A stretch of 64,000 nucleotides of DNA from Trueperaceae bacterium (GCA_035703635.1 DASSXV010000069.1:1-64000), one strand, 5' to 3'; positions 39,596 to 50,013 are shown, counted from the stretch's first letter. Numbers and translations are program-made. Notes: generated by a model not told the origin, from the letters alone.

Positions 39596-40486
39596 GTGAA
39601 CGAAGTCGTTGAGCGAGTAGTGGAGAAGCAAGCCCGCGCGGGGAACGGGTTTCTAGGGCTGGGCATCATCTTGCTGCTGTTCGCAGTGGGCGCCGTGCTA
39701 GTCATCTACGCGGGCGTCAACGAGTTGGTTATCCCGCTGATCATTGGCGTGCTCTCCATGCTGATCGGCGGCCTGCTCATCGGCGGGCTAGTGGCGGTGC
39801 AACCGAACCAGGCGCGCGTCCTCACCCTGTTCGGCACTTACGTCGGCTCGTTGCGGTCTGCCGGGTTCTGGTGGGTCAACCCCTTCACCACCAAGAAGGC
39901 CGTCAGCTTGCGCGTCCGCAACTTCACTAGCGAACGCGTGAAGGTCAACGACGCGGACGGCAACCCCGTCGAGATCGCGGCGGTGGTCGTCTGGCGCGTC
40001 GCCGAGTCGGCCAAGGCGGTCTTCGACGTCGACGACTACGAGCAGTTCGTCGGCATCCAGTCAGAGACGGCCCTGCGCGGCCTGGCCACGCGCTACCCGT
40101 ACGACGCCAGCGGAGCCGACCGCCCGTCGCTACGCGAGAACCCGGACGAGCTCGCCACCGCACTCCGCGGCGAGCTCGAGCAGCGCCTCGAAGTAGCCGG
40201 CGTAGACGTGATAGAGGCGCGCCTAACGCACTTGGCCTACGCTCCGGAGATAGCGCAAGCCATGCTGCGCAGGCAGCAGGCGCAGGCCGTCGTCTCCGCC
40301 CGCCGCCTCATCGTGGAGGCCGCGGTCGGCATGGTGGAGGACGCGCTCAATGGGCTCTCGCAGCGCGGCGTCGTCGAACTGGACGACGACAAGCGCGCTG
40401 CCATGGCCAACAACCTCATGGTCGCCCTCACGAGTGAGCAAGGGGTCACGCCGATCGTCAACGCAGGCACGCTGTACGGGGGCTGA
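39596..40486 (+). CDS. SPFH / band 7 domain membrane protein
   Basis: Two [50 protein letters not shown]. Confidence 0.93.
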   Translation: MNEVVERVVEKQARAGNGFLGLGIILLLFAVGAVLVIYAGVNELVIPLIIGVLSMLIGGLLIGGLVAVQPNQARVLTLFGTYVGSLRSAGFWWVNPFTTKKAVSLRVRNFTSERVKVNDADGNPVEIAAVVVWRVAESAKAVFDVDDYEQFVGIQSETALRGLATRYPYDASGADRPSLRENPDELATALRGELEQRLEVAGVDVIEARLTHLAYAPEIAQAMLRRQQAQAVVSARRLIVEAAVGMVEDALNGLSQRGVVELDDDKRAAMANNLMVALTSEQGVTPIVNAGTLYGG

Positions 40487-40497
40487 AAGGAACGCAC

Positions 40498-42234
40498 ATG
40501 ACCAAGCACTTTAGAACCGCCGCCGGCGTGACCCTGGCACTGCTACTCGGCGCCGGCACTGGCCTAGCCCAGGGGGCCGCGCAAGGAGACGTGCAAGGAG
40601 GCGCGCTCACCTTCGACATGATCATCGGCGGCGCCACCATCGGCCAGGCCGGCATGACTCTCACCCGCACCCCGGAGGGAACGACTTCGAACGGCTTCGC
40701 GAACGTGACGGGCACGCTGGACCTCCATGACGTCCTCGAGACGGGGCCGAACGGCGCCGCGACGAGCTATCACCTGACGGGCGCCGTGCAGGGCACGAAC
40801 GTGACGATCGACGTGAAGTTCGGGGCGAGCAGCGCGGAGATGACGATAGAACAGGGCGGTAAGAGCCAATCGGTAACGTTGCCGCTGCCGGGCTCCGTCT
40901 ACGTGCTCGACAACAACTTCATCGATGGCTTCCAGATTCTCGCAGACGAAGTGCTCAAGAGCGGTGCGGCTGGAACCTTCGACATCATCGTCCCGCAAGT
41001 GGCTATGTTCGGCAGCGCCGCGCTTGGCGCGCCCGCGGCGGCGAGCGTCACGGTCGGCGGGCAGGAGACGCCAGCGCAACGCCTCGACGGGGTGCTCAAG
41101 GCCGGCCCGCAGTCGATCGACTTCAGCCTCTACCTCGACGCCAACGGCAACATCTTGGTGCTGACCACCAGCCAGAACGTGCGCATGGAGCGCACTAGCG
41201 CTGCTCAGGCGCCGGCGCCCGCCACTACGGCCGTACCGGAAGCCTTGGCCACGGCGGCCGCGTGCCTCGTCGAGCGCGACGTGAGCATCACGAGCACCGG
41301 CGCCACCTTGGTCGGCAAGCTCACCCTCCCGAAGGCGGCGGCAGACGGCAGTGAAGGTCCCGCCCCGACCCTTGTGCTGATCGCAGGCTCAGGCGCCGTC
41401 GACCTTGACGGCAACGCTCCGCCCCTGCTCACCAACAGCGGTTACAAGCAGCTCGCGTACGCCCTAGCCTGCCACGGTTACGGGGTGCTTCGGGCCTCGA
41501 AGCTGGGCATCAGCCCATCTACCGGCGACGGCAACGCCGTTACCCTCGACACCTACGCCCAGAACACCGCGGACTGGCTTGGCTTCCTCGCTACCCAGCC
41601 AGGGGTTGACGCTGCGCGCCTCGGCATCATCGGTCACTCCGAGGGCGGGTTGGTGGCGTTGTACGCCACCGCTCACGGCAAGGTCGCGCCACAGGCGCTG
41701 GTGCTCTTGGCCTCCCCAGGTAGGCCGCTCGACGTCCTGCTCCGCGAGCAGCTGCTAGCGCGCGCGCAAGAGGGCGGGGCGACGACGGAGGCGCTCGCCA
41801 CGCTCGGGCAGCAGATAGACGAGCTCATCGCCGCCGTGAACGCCTCTACCGGCGTCGCGCTGACCCCAACCCCTGAGCTCGAGAAGTTCCCACTCACTGG
41901 CATGTTCGCCCCCGCCGCGGGGCTACTGCGGAGCGAGTTCGGGGTGGAGCCCTCTGACCTAGCGCGCGCCGTTGCCGTACCCGTAGCCGTCCTCCAGGGC
42001 GAGAAGGACATCCAGGTGACCACCGTCGACGCCGAACTCATCGCCGCCGCCGCGCCTCACGCTGACCTGTTCCTGTTCGCGGACCTTACGCACAACCTCG
42101 TCGACACGGCCGGCCCGGCGCTCGGCATGCCGCTCCCAGGCGCGGACGCGGTCATCTCACCCACGGTCGTGCAAGTGATCGCCACCTACCTCGCTGGCAA
42201 CCTGCGAGCACGCGGTGCGAACTCGCCAAGGTGA
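40498..42234 (+). CDS. secreted alpha/beta hydrolase with N-terminal beta-rich domain
   Basis: Signal peptide, GSGAVDLDGN, GHSEGG, QGEKDIQV, LTH. Confidence 0.85.
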   Translation: MTKHFRTAAGVTLALLLGAGTGLAQGAAQGDVQGGALTFDMIIGGATIGQAGMTLTRTPEGTTSNGFANVTGTLDLHDVLETGPNGAATSYHLTGAVQGTNVTIDVKFGASSAEMTIEQGGKSQSVTLPLPGSVYVLDNNFIDGFQILADEVLKSGAAGTFDIIVPQVAMFGSAALGAPAAASVTVGGQETPAQRLDGVLKAGPQSIDFSLYLDANGNILVLTTSQNVRMERTSAAQAPAPATTAVPEALATAAACLVERDVSITSTGATLVGKLTLPKAAADGSEGPAPTLVLIAGSGAVDLDGNAPPLLTNSGYKQLAYALACHGYGVLRASKLGISPSTGDGNAVTLDTYAQNTADWLGFLATQPGVDAARLGIIGHSEGGLVALYATAHGKVAPQALVLLASPGRPLDVLLREQLLARAQEGGATTEALATLGQQIDELIAAVNASTGVALTPTPELEKFPLTGMFAPAAGLLRSEFGVEPSDLARAVAVPVAVLQGEKDIQVTTVDAELIAAAAPHADLFLFADLTHNLVDTAGPALGMPLPGADAVISPTVVQVIATYLAGNLRARGANSPR

Positions 42235-42254
42235 AGCAGTAGGCGGCGGTCACA

Positions 42255-42464
42255 GTGGCTGAGAAGAGGCGCTACCTCCTCAGGCTCGACGCCGAGATCC
42301 ACGGCGCCATAGAGAAGTGGGCGGCCGACGACCTGCGCAGCGTCAACGCCCAGATCGAGTACCTGTTGACGGAGGCGCTGCGCAAGGCGAGCCGCCTGCC
42401 AGCCAAGCGCTCACCTGCCGCGCAGGCCGCCGACGCCGCGGACGGCGACGATAGCGCCGGCTAG
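42255..42464 (+). CDS. Arc/ribbon-helix-helix DNA-binding protein
   Basis: KRRYLLRLD...IEKWAADDLRSVNAQIEYLL.EAL. Confidence 0.88.
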   Translation: MAEKRRYLLRLDAEIHGAIEKWAADDLRSVNAQIEYLLTEALRKASRLPAKRSPAAQAADAADGDDSAG

Positions 42465-43549
42465 CCGCCGCCCCGCAGGAAGCGCTGCACGTCGCGGTTA
42501 TGCGCTGGCAGGTTCGTGTTCGGTCGGAACACGGGCACCCCACCTTCGCTGCCGTGAAGGAAGTAGAGGTAGGGAACGCCGGCGTCCGTCAAGCGCTGCG
42601 GCGACAGGACGGCAAGTAGGGCCTCCTGGCCAGGGTTACCGATGGGGCCCGCCGGGAGGCCAGGTCGCGTGTAGGTGTTCCACGGCGTGTCCTTCCGCAA
42701 GTCGCCAGCAACGGCACTCAAGTCGGGTAGTGCCTTGCCAAGGCCGTAAGCGACGGTCGGATCTGACTGCAGCAGCATGCCGTCGTCAAGGCGGTTGAGG
42801 AACACCCCAGCGATGATGGGCATCTCCTCGACCGAGGCGGCCTCCGCCTGCACCATGCTCGCCAAAGTCACCCAATCGTGAACGCTTAGGCCGGACTGGG
42901 CGAGGGCGTCGACCACTGGACCCGTCACCTCGGCCTCGAAACGCGCAACCATGGCGCCGAGCGCCTCGGAGGCCGTCGAATGCACCGGCAGGTCGTAACT
43001 AGCGGGGAAGAGGTAGCCCTCCAACGTGTCGTCCTTGGCCAGTCCGGGCGGCGCCAGCTCGCCAGGCGAGCGGACAAGGGCCGCGAGTTCCGGCTCCTCA
43101 CCCAAGCCGTTGGCAGCTAGGCGCGCTACTACCGCGGTCGCGCGCCAACCTTCCGGCACGACGATGCGCACAGTGCGCGGCCGCCCGCCAGCCGCCAAGG
43201 CGTCAGCCAGCTCGCGACTGCTCATGCTTGGCGAGAGGTCGTAAAGCCCCTCGCCGACGCGCCTGTCGAGGTCGGTGAACCGCAGTAGCAGCTCGAAGGC
43301 GAACCCCGAACGCACGAGGCCGGCGTCATGCAGCGCTCCCGCCACACGCGCGCCACCCCAACCGGGGAGCACCTCGAACTCGACTTGCCTAGGGGTAGCG
43401 CTAACAGGTGACAGTGCGAAGCGCACGACCACCCACCCGGTGACCACGAGCACGAGGACTAGCAGCAGCGCCAACGCCAGCGCGCGACCGCGGCGCTTCG
43501 GGCGCGTGATGGCAGCTCCGTTCGGCTTGCTCGACTCGTCGCTCACCAC
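42461..43549 (-). CDS. mltG: endolytic transglycosylase MltG
   Basis: VPEG, LEGYLFPASY, LASMVQAE, LQSDPTV.Y, NTY..PGLP.GPI.NPG. Confidence 0.94.
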   Translation of the reverse strand: MVSDESSKPNGAAITRPKRRGRALALALLLVLVLVVTGWVVVRFALSPVSATPRQVEFEVLPGWGGARVAGALHDAGLVRSGFAFELLLRFTDLDRRVGEGLYDLSPSMSSRELADALAAGGRPRTVRIVVPEGWRATAVVARLAANGLGEEPELAALVRSPGELAPPGLAKDDTLEGYLFPASYDLPVHSTASEALGAMVARFEAEVTGPVVDALAQSGLSVHDWVTLASMVQAEAASVEEMPIIAGVFLNRLDDGMLLQSDPTVAYGLGKALPDLSAVAGDLRKDTPWNTYTRPGLPAGPIGNPGQEALLAVLSPQRLTDAGVPYLYFLHGSEGGVPVFRPNTNLPAHNRDVQRFLRGGG

Positions 43550-44040
43550 TGCTCCTGCACGCGCCGAAGGTACGACTCCAAGATGAGTACTGCCGCCGCT
43601 TCGTCGAGGCGTCCCCTCTCCTGACGCCGGCCACGGGGCAAGTCGGAGGCCCCAACCTGGCGCTGAGCGATGCGCGTCGTAAGACGCTCGTCCTCGAACT
43701 CGACAACGGCGCCCGCCGCCGCGAGGGCGGCCGCGAAGCGTCTCACGCGTTCCGTCTGCAGCGACTCTGCGCCGTCGAGGCGCAGCGGCAGACCGACGAT
43801 CGCCGCGGCGGCGCCATCAGCTGCCATGAGCTGCAAGATGGCTGGCACGTCCTTCTTGGTCCCTTGCCGTTCAAGCGCTCCGCGCCCGAACGCGAGGAGC
43901 GAACCGACCGCGCCCGACGCCAGGCCGATGCGGGCGTCGCCGACGTCGAGGCCGAGCAGGCGGGCGCCAGCGGCCAACGGCGTTGTGGCGCTCGGGTCGG
44001 TGGCGCTCAGACGGCCGCCTCTGCTGACGCGCGCACCCAA
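43543..44040 (-). CDS. ruvX: YqgF/RuvX family nuclease (start uncertain)
   Basis: LGLDVGDARIGLA, VGLPL, DERLTT, DEAAAVLILESYL. Confidence 0.92.
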   Translation of the reverse strand: MGARVSRGGRLSATDPSATTPLAAGARLLGLDVGDARIGLASGAVGSLLAFGRGALERQGTKKDVPAILQLMAADGAAAAIVGLPLRLDGAESLQTERVRRFAAALAAAGAVVEFEDERLTTRIAQRQVGASDLPRGRRQERGRLDEAAAVLILESYLRRVQEQW

Positions 44041-44912
44041 CTCTCCAACACCAGCGCCACGCCATCCTCTACGTTGCTCGCCGTCACCAGATCGGCCGCA
44101 GCCAGGGCCTCCGGTTCGGAGTTGCCCATCGCCACGCCAAGCCCGGCCCAGGCGAGCATGGCGCTGTCGTTATGTTGGTCACCGAACGCCGCCACCTCAG
44201 ACGGTTCAACCTGCCACTCCTCGCACAGGTGCGCCAGCGCGGCGCCCTTGTTGACGAGCGGATGGTGCACCTCGAGCAGGAAAGGCAGGCTCCAGGTCGT
44301 GTAGAGCTCCAGGTCGTTCAGGGATTCCGCCAAGGCAGAGGGGTGAGCGTCGTCGTAGACGGCCAGTAGCTTGATGGGGCCGCCATCCATGAACCCCTCC
44401 AGCGGCCCGATCGCCACGGGTGGGCCGCCGCGGAAGAGGTGAGCGGCGTTGCCTGGATCCCCGGCCGGTAACTCCGCGTCTAGGTACCAACCGCGTGAGG
44501 TCTCGAGTGCGAGGGTAGCGCCCGGCGCCGCCGCTCGCAGGCGCTCGACGGCGGCCTGCGCCACCCCAAGGTCGAGCGCCCGCAGGAGCTGGAAGCGCTG
44601 CGCGTGCCAGATGGCGGCGCCGTTGTAGGCCACGATCGTGCCGGTGGCCGCTATCTGCTCGGCCACCGGCAGCGCCGTGCGCAGCGGCCTGCCTGTCGCG
44701 ACGACGACGTGCGCGCCGAGTGAGCGGACGGCGTCGATGGCCGCGCGCGTGCGAGCCGTCACGACTTTGTCAGGGCCCAGGAGGGTGCCGTCGATGTCTA
44801 CCGCGATCACGCGCGGCAGCGTTGCGCCAGACGGCAGTATCGGCGGCTGACCGGTGAACGGTTCGGGCCGCGACGCTGCCGAGGCGTCTGGTGTGACCAC
44901 CGGTCGGCTCAA
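44007..44912 (-). CDS. Cof-type HAD IIB hydrolase
   Basis: DIDGTL, ATGR, NKG.AL, FGDQHND..ML..AG.GVAMGN. Confidence 0.92.
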   Translation of the reverse strand: MSRPVVTPDASAASRPEPFTGQPPILPSGATLPRVIAVDIDGTLLGPDKVVTARTRAAIDAVRSLGAHVVVATGRPLRTALPVAEQIAATGTIVAYNGAAIWHAQRFQLLRALDLGVAQAAVERLRAAAPGATLALETSRGWYLDAELPAGDPGNAAHLFRGGPPVAIGPLEGFMDGGPIKLLAVYDDAHPSALAESLNDLELYTTWSLPFLLEVHHPLVNKGAALAHLCEEWQVEPSEVAAFGDQHNDSAMLAWAGLGVAMGNSEPEALAAADLVTASNVEDGVALVLESWVRASAEAAV

Positions 44913-47572
44913 CCTGCCGTCAGCGCGCCGCCGACCGCGGCAAGCGCCTGGCTAAGCAGCGCGGGGTCCTTGACTCCGGCTTGGGCCATGTCTGGCCGCC
45001 CGCCGCCACTGCCGCCGACGCTGGCCGCCGCCGCCCTGACTACTTTGCCAGCGTTCGCGCCGCGCGCCTGCGCCGCGGGCGAGACCTTGGCCACGAGCGC
45101 GCCGCCAGAACCGACGACGACCAGGTCGGCGCCGCTCTTGGAGAGCAGGGTGTCTGCGGCGTTGCGGAGCGCGTTGACGTCGAGACCGTCGAGCAAGGCG
45201 GTCAAGTACTTGAAGCCGCCGGCCTCGAGCACCTCGTTGCCCCCGCCCGCACTCGTCTGGGCGGCCGCCAAGCGGTCGCGCAAGCGCGAGGCCTCCTTCA
45301 GCGCCTCCTTGTGATCGGCTTGCAGCTTGGTGAGCCTCTCCTCCAACTGTTCCGGCCTGCCGCCAAGGTGAGCGGCGAGCCGCAACTGCGTCTGGCGCAG
45401 GTCCGCTACGTAGCGCATGGCGGAGCCCCCGACGCGCGCCTCGATGCGGCGCACGCCAGCCGAGACGGCCTCCTCGCTGATGATGACGAAGGCGCCAATC
45501 TGACCGGTGCGGTCGACGTGCGTGCCGCCGCACAACTCCGTCGAGACGCCGCCCATGCTGACCATGCGCACGTTCTCGCCGTACTTCTCGCCGAACAGCA
45601 TCATGGCGCCTGCACCGCGTGCCTCCGCGATCGGCACGACCCGCCAATCGACGGGTAGGTCAGATTGCACCCAGCGGTTGACCAGCGTCTCGATCTCGAG
45701 CTGCTGTTCCGCTGTCACGGCGTGCGGGTGCGAGAAGTCGAAGCGCAAGCGATCGGGCGCCACCAGCGAGCCCGCCTGGGCGACGTGCGTGCCTAGCACC
45801 GCGCGCAAGGCGGCGTGCAGTAGGTGCGTGGCAGAGTGATGCTTCTCCGTCTCGCGCCGCGCGGGATCGACCGTGGCGGTGACGGCCTGGTTGGCGTTCA
45901 GCGTGCCTCGCGCTACTCGCACGCGCTGCAGCGTCAGGCCCTGCCGCGACTTGCTCGTGGCGGACACGATGGCCTTACCGCCGGGCCAGACGAGCACGCC
46001 CGTGTCGCCCACTTGGCCACCGCCCTCAGGATAGAAGGGGGTGCGGTCGAGTACGACGGTGCCGACCTCGCCCTCAGTGAAGGACTCGAGCTCGCGCGCG
46101 TCATCGCCTTGCGTAACGAGCGCAACAACCCGCGCTTCCGCCTGCTCGGCGGTGTAACCAAGGAAGACCGTCTCGCCAGCGCGCTCCGCGACCTTACCGA
46201 GCGCGTCGCTCGTGGCCGTGAACAGTGCCTTGCCGCCTGCCGTGCCGCGCGAGAGGTCGCGCGCGTGCTCGCGGGCGGCTTCGTAGCCTTCGGCGTCGAC
46301 CGCCACGCCGCGCTCGGCGGCCATCTCGCTCGTGAGGTCGAGTGGGAAGCCGTACGTTTGCCATAGGTCGAAGGCGACTGCGCCGGGAAGCAGCGGCCCG
46401 GCCAGTTCGTCTAGGAGGGCGCCAACGCGCTGGATGCCAGCCTCGAGCGTGCGAAGGAACTGCTCCTCCTCTGCGTGAATGATGCCCTTCACGCGCTCCG
46501 CTCCGTCCTTGACCTCCGGGTAGGCGGCGCCCATCGACTCGACGACCTGATCGACGAGCGTGTACAGGACGGGCTCGCGGAGACCTAGGAGCCACGCGTG
46601 GCGCGAGGCGCGGCGCGTGAGCATCTTCACGACGTAGCCGGCGCCGTCGTTGGCCGGCATGACGCCGTCCGTGATGGCGAAGGTCACGGCGCGCACGTGA
46701 TCCGCGATGACCCTATGCGACACGGAGTTCGGGCCGGCGTAAGGCGAGCCGGAGAGCGCAGCTACGCGCCTGATGGTCGGCTGGAAGAGCTCGGTCGCGT
46801 AAGCGTCCTCCTTGCCCGTTAGCACGGCCACGAGACGCTCGAAGCCAAGGCCCGTGTCGATGTTCTGCTGCGGCAGCGGCTCCAGGTGGCCGCCGTCTTG
46901 GCGGTCGAACTGCGTGAACACGAGGTTCCAGAACTCGATGTAGCGGTCGCCCGAACCCGTGTTCGGTCCCACTTCCGTGTCCGTGCCGAAGCTCGGCCCG
47001 CGGTCGTAGAAGATCTCGGAGCACGGCCCGCAAGGCCCGTTCGGGCCTTTGCTGACGGCGTTCGCCGGCCAGAAGTTCTCGTCCTCACCCCAGCGGCTGA
47101 TGCGCGCCTCAGGCACACCGACCTGGTCGCGCCAGATGGCGTAGGCGTCGTCGTCATCGTCGTAAACGGTGACGTACAAGCGCTCCTTGTCGAGCCCCAT
47201 GTACTCCTGCGAGGTGGCGAACTCCCACGCCCACGCCGCCGCCTCAGGCTTGAAGTAGTCGCCAAAGGAGAAGTTGCCGAGCATCTCGAAGAACGAGTGG
47301 TGCCGCAACGTGCGCCCGACGTTCTCGATGTCGTTGATCCGCAGGCACTTCTGGGCCGTGGTGACGCGGTGCCAAGTGCCATCGTGACCAGCGAACTTGG
47401 GAGTAGCGCCGAGGAAGTACGGCTTGAACTGCACCATGCCAGCGCTGTTGAACATCAGCGTCGGGTCGTCGCTCTTGAGCGGCGCCGAGCCGAGTATCAG
47501 GTGTCCGCGAGACTGGAAGAAGCGCAAGTACCTCTCGCGCAAGTCGTTGATCTGTTCGATGCCGTCTACCAC
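44909..47572 (-). CDS. alaS: alanine--tRNA ligase
   Basis: NSAGMVQFK, FFEMLGNFSFGDYFK, GPCGPCSEI, HSATHLLH, ELCGGTH, GGGRPDMAQAG. Confidence 0.98.
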   Translation of the reverse strand: MVDGIEQINDLRERYLRFFQSRGHLILGSAPLKSDDPTLMFNSAGMVQFKPYFLGATPKFAGHDGTWHRVTTAQKCLRINDIENVGRTLRHHSFFEMLGNFSFGDYFKPEAAAWAWEFATSQEYMGLDKERLYVTVYDDDDDAYAIWRDQVGVPEARISRWGEDENFWPANAVSKGPNGPCGPCSEIFYDRGPSFGTDTEVGPNTGSGDRYIEFWNLVFTQFDRQDGGHLEPLPQQNIDTGLGFERLVAVLTGKEDAYATELFQPTIRRVAALSGSPYAGPNSVSHRVIADHVRAVTFAITDGVMPANDGAGYVVKMLTRRASRHAWLLGLREPVLYTLVDQVVESMGAAYPEVKDGAERVKGIIHAEEEQFLRTLEAGIQRVGALLDELAGPLLPGAVAFDLWQTYGFPLDLTSEMAAERGVAVDAEGYEAAREHARDLSRGTAGGKALFTATSDALGKVAERAGETVFLGYTAEQAEARVVALVTQGDDARELESFTEGEVGTVVLDRTPFYPEGGGQVGDTGVLVWPGGKAIVSATSKSRQGLTLQRVRVARGTLNANQAVTATVDPARRETEKHHSATHLLHAALRAVLGTHVAQAGSLVAPDRLRFDFSHPHAVTAEQQLEIETLVNRWVQSDLPVDWRVVPIAEARGAGAMMLFGEKYGENVRMVSMGGVSTELCGGTHVDRTGQIGAFVIISEEAVSAGVRRIEARVGGSAMRYVADLRQTQLRLAAHLGGRPEQLEERLTKLQADHKEALKEASRLRDRLAAAQTSAGGGNEVLEAGGFKYLTALLDGLDVNALRNAADTLLSKSGADLVVVGSGGALVAKVSPAAQARGANAGKVVRAAAASVGGSGGGRPDMAQAGVKDPALLSQALAAVGGALTAG

Positions 47573-47690
47573 GTGGTGCCTCCGAGCGTACCGGAGGGTA
47601 AGTATACCGACTGCTCACGAGCGCGGCCTTGGTGCCGAGACGCCTGGTGGCTGAGCGGCGCCCTGAACGGCGCGGTACTCTGCGCGCTAC

Positions 47691-48824
47691 ATGCGCACCC
47701 CGAGACTAGCTCCCCGCTACGCCGTGCTCTGGTTCAGCTTCGCGAGCTTCGCACTGATCGGCGCCCTGCAGGCGCTCTACGGCCCGTCGTTCCCCATGCT
47801 GAGGGAGCGTTTCTCCATCGGGGTCGAGCAGGTGAGCATCGTCGTAAGCGCGCAGTTCATCGGGTCGTTCCTCGGCATCATCGCCTCTGGGCTCCTCCTG
47901 CGCGCACTGGGCTACAGGCGCGCCCTTGTCATCGCCGCCGCCAGCTTCGTGGCAGGCGTGGCTGCGATCGGTCTCGCTCCGACTTGGGGCATGGTGCTTG
48001 CTGGCGCCGTGCTCGCCGGGGCCGGCGCTGGGCTGCTGAACGTGTCCTGTAACCTCATGGTGGCCGTCAGCTTCCGCCCGAAGGCAGCCCCCGCCCTCAA
48101 CCTCATCAACGCCGTGTTCGGCGTCGGCGCCGTGATCGGCCCACTCCTCGTGACGGCGTTGGAGCCGCGCTTCGCGCTGCCGTTCCTCATCCTCGGCGCA
48201 GGGGGGCTCATCCTCCTGCCCTGGACCCTACGCTTGCCGGTGCCTGAGGTGGCGCTCCGTGACCGCGGCGCCGCGCCCCTCGCGCTCGTCAACCTGGGCG
48301 CTTTCGTGCTCCTCTACATCTTCTACGTCTCCGTCGAAGTGGGGGTAACGTCGTGGGAGACGGAGTACCTCAACCCGTACTTCGGCGCCAGCGCCGCTGC
48401 TTACACGTCGCTCTACTGGCTGGCCATCACGGTGGGGCGGGTCCTGGCAGCGCCGCTCTCGGCACGGCTCCGGTCTCACCAGTTCGTCCTCTACGCCAGC
48501 GCCGCCACGCTCCTCTTCATGGTGGCTGCGCACCGCGTCGAGTCTGCGCCGGTGGCGTTCCTCCTCGTCGGGCTTAGCCTCTCACCCATCTTCCCGACAG
48601 CCCTCGCTTGGCTAACCGAGGTCTTCCCGGAGCGCTCGGAGCAGGTGACACCCATCGTGGTGGCTGGCGCCAACCTCGGCCCAGCGCTGACCGCGCCGCT
48701 CATCGGCCGCATAGTTCAGGTAGAGGGGGCGGCCGTCATCCCTACCGCGCTGTCTGGTTTGGCTCTGGCGTTACTCGTGGTAGTGGCCTTGCTGTGGTCG
48801 CGGACCCGAAGTCGAGCCGTATGA
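47691..48824 (+). CDS. MFS transporter (fucose/glucose permease-like)
   Basis: About 12 TM, LNLINAVFGVGA..GP, YVSVEVG...W, GL..PIFPT. Confidence 0.88.
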   Translation: MRTPRLAPRYAVLWFSFASFALIGALQALYGPSFPMLRERFSIGVEQVSIVVSAQFIGSFLGIIASGLLLRALGYRRALVIAAASFVAGVAAIGLAPTWGMVLAGAVLAGAGAGLLNVSCNLMVAVSFRPKAAPALNLINAVFGVGAVIGPLLVTALEPRFALPFLILGAGGLILLPWTLRLPVPEVALRDRGAAPLALVNLGAFVLLYIFYVSVEVGVTSWETEYLNPYFGASAAAYTSLYWLAITVGRVLAAPLSARLRSHQFVLYASAATLLFMVAAHRVESAPVAFLLVGLSLSPIFPTALAWLTEVFPERSEQVTPIVVAGANLGPALTAPLIGRIVQVEGAAVIPTALSGLALALLVVVALLWSRTRSRAV

Positions 48825-50013
48825 GCGAGAACGCGACGACCAGTACGGGGCCGATGCTCGTGATGGCTGTCGCGTAAAGCACCCACGGTCCGGCCAACGC
48901 GCTGGGCCACACGGGCGTGAGGGTTACGAGGGCGCCGAGCATCATGGCTACGGCAGCCACGAACGCCCAAGCACCTCGGAACGTGCCGGCGCCCAGGGTC
49001 ACGCGCATGGCGTAGATGAGCCCAAGGCTGACGGCGCCGAGCAGGAAGGCGTGGAGGAAGAACACGTGCAGCGGCACGGCGAACAGCCACTCCCGCGCGG
49101 CTGGCACCGCGCCGGAGAACTCGACGACGCCCTTGATGGCGATGAGCGCCAGTGCCAGCTGCCGCAGCCACAGGGTCGCGCCGCTTAGCTGAGCTGGCCG
49201 CGGCTCAGCCGGCGGCCACACGGCGTGCACGAGCACGAGCCAGACGAGGGCTGCCACCGTGCTGGCGCTGGCGTCCGCGCCACCCGCCCAGGCCCAGCCG
49301 AGCCCGGCCACTGCGAAACGCGCCGCGCTGCGCACTGCGATCGCTGCAACCAACGCCCACACGAGCAACCCGATGGGGCGGCGCGCAAGGCGCCTTTGCG
49401 CTCCATGCCAGGCGGCGAGCCCTACTATGGCGAGTCCGAACCAGCCGTCAGCGAAGGCGGTAAGGAACCAGTCAACGAGCGCGAGCATCAGCGGGCGCTG
49501 CACTTGCCCCGTGGCGCCTAGCATCGCCAGCCCGCCGATGGCGACGGTAGCCACGACGAGCAGGGCGACGGCACCGTCGAACAGCCGCAGGACGGGCCAG
49601 CGCTTCACGCGCCAAGTCGCCGCGACGTACAAGGCGACGAACAAGTACCAAGCGATGCCGTTGGCCCCAGACGCGAACATCGAGATGGGCAGCGGCTTGC
49701 CGCCACCCAAGCTCAACATGTGGTAGCCGGTCTTGAGGAACGGTAGATAGGTTAGGAGCCCACCGAAGACGGCCAGGGCAGCGGCGAGTCCGAACCCCTT
49801 CGTCCGCAGCCCGCGGCCACTCAGATGCGCCCCAACCAGCAGCATCAGCGGCGGCGTGATCCACGAGAAGAACATCAGGTGCGAGTGCGCGTGTCTGATG
49901 TATTCCAGCACGCCCGGTAGGCGGTAGATCAGGGAGAAGCGGTAGTACGTGCCGGTGCTGGCGGCTAGTACGAAACTAGCCATGCTCACGCCCCACACCC
50001 AACGGGCCCGCAC
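48742..50013 (-). CDS. multi-TM membrane protein with HAHSH motif
   Basis: Hydrophobic 423 aa; IRHAHSHLMFFSW and FFLHAFLLG motifs. Confidence 0.75.
   Translation of the reverse strand: MRARWVWGVSMASFVLAASTGTYYRFSLIYRLPGVLEYIRHAHSHLMFFSWITPPLMLLVGAHLSGRGLRTKGFGLAAALAVFGGLLTYLPFLKTGYHMLSLGGGKPLPISMFASGANGIAWYLFVALYVAATWRVKRWPVLRLFDGAVALLVVATVAIGGLAMLGATGQVQRPLMLALVDWFLTAFADGWFGLAIVGLAAWHGAQRRLARRPIGLLVWALVAAIAVRSAARFAVAGLGWAWAGGADASASTVAALVWLVLVHAVWPPAEPRPAQLSGATLWLRQLALALIAIKGVVEFSGAVPAAREWLFAVPLHVFFLHAFLLGAVSLGLIYAMRVTLGAGTFRGAWAFVAAVAMMLGALVTLTPVWPSALAGPWVLYATAITSIGPVLVVAFSLIRLDFGSATTARPLPRVTPEPNQTAR

Noticed and set aside
47574-47597. tRNA-Ala acceptor-stem mimic (hairpin followed by CACCA) in the alaS leader
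   Set aside because: There is no G3:U70-equivalent pair, and the predicted TSS falls within the 5' arm.
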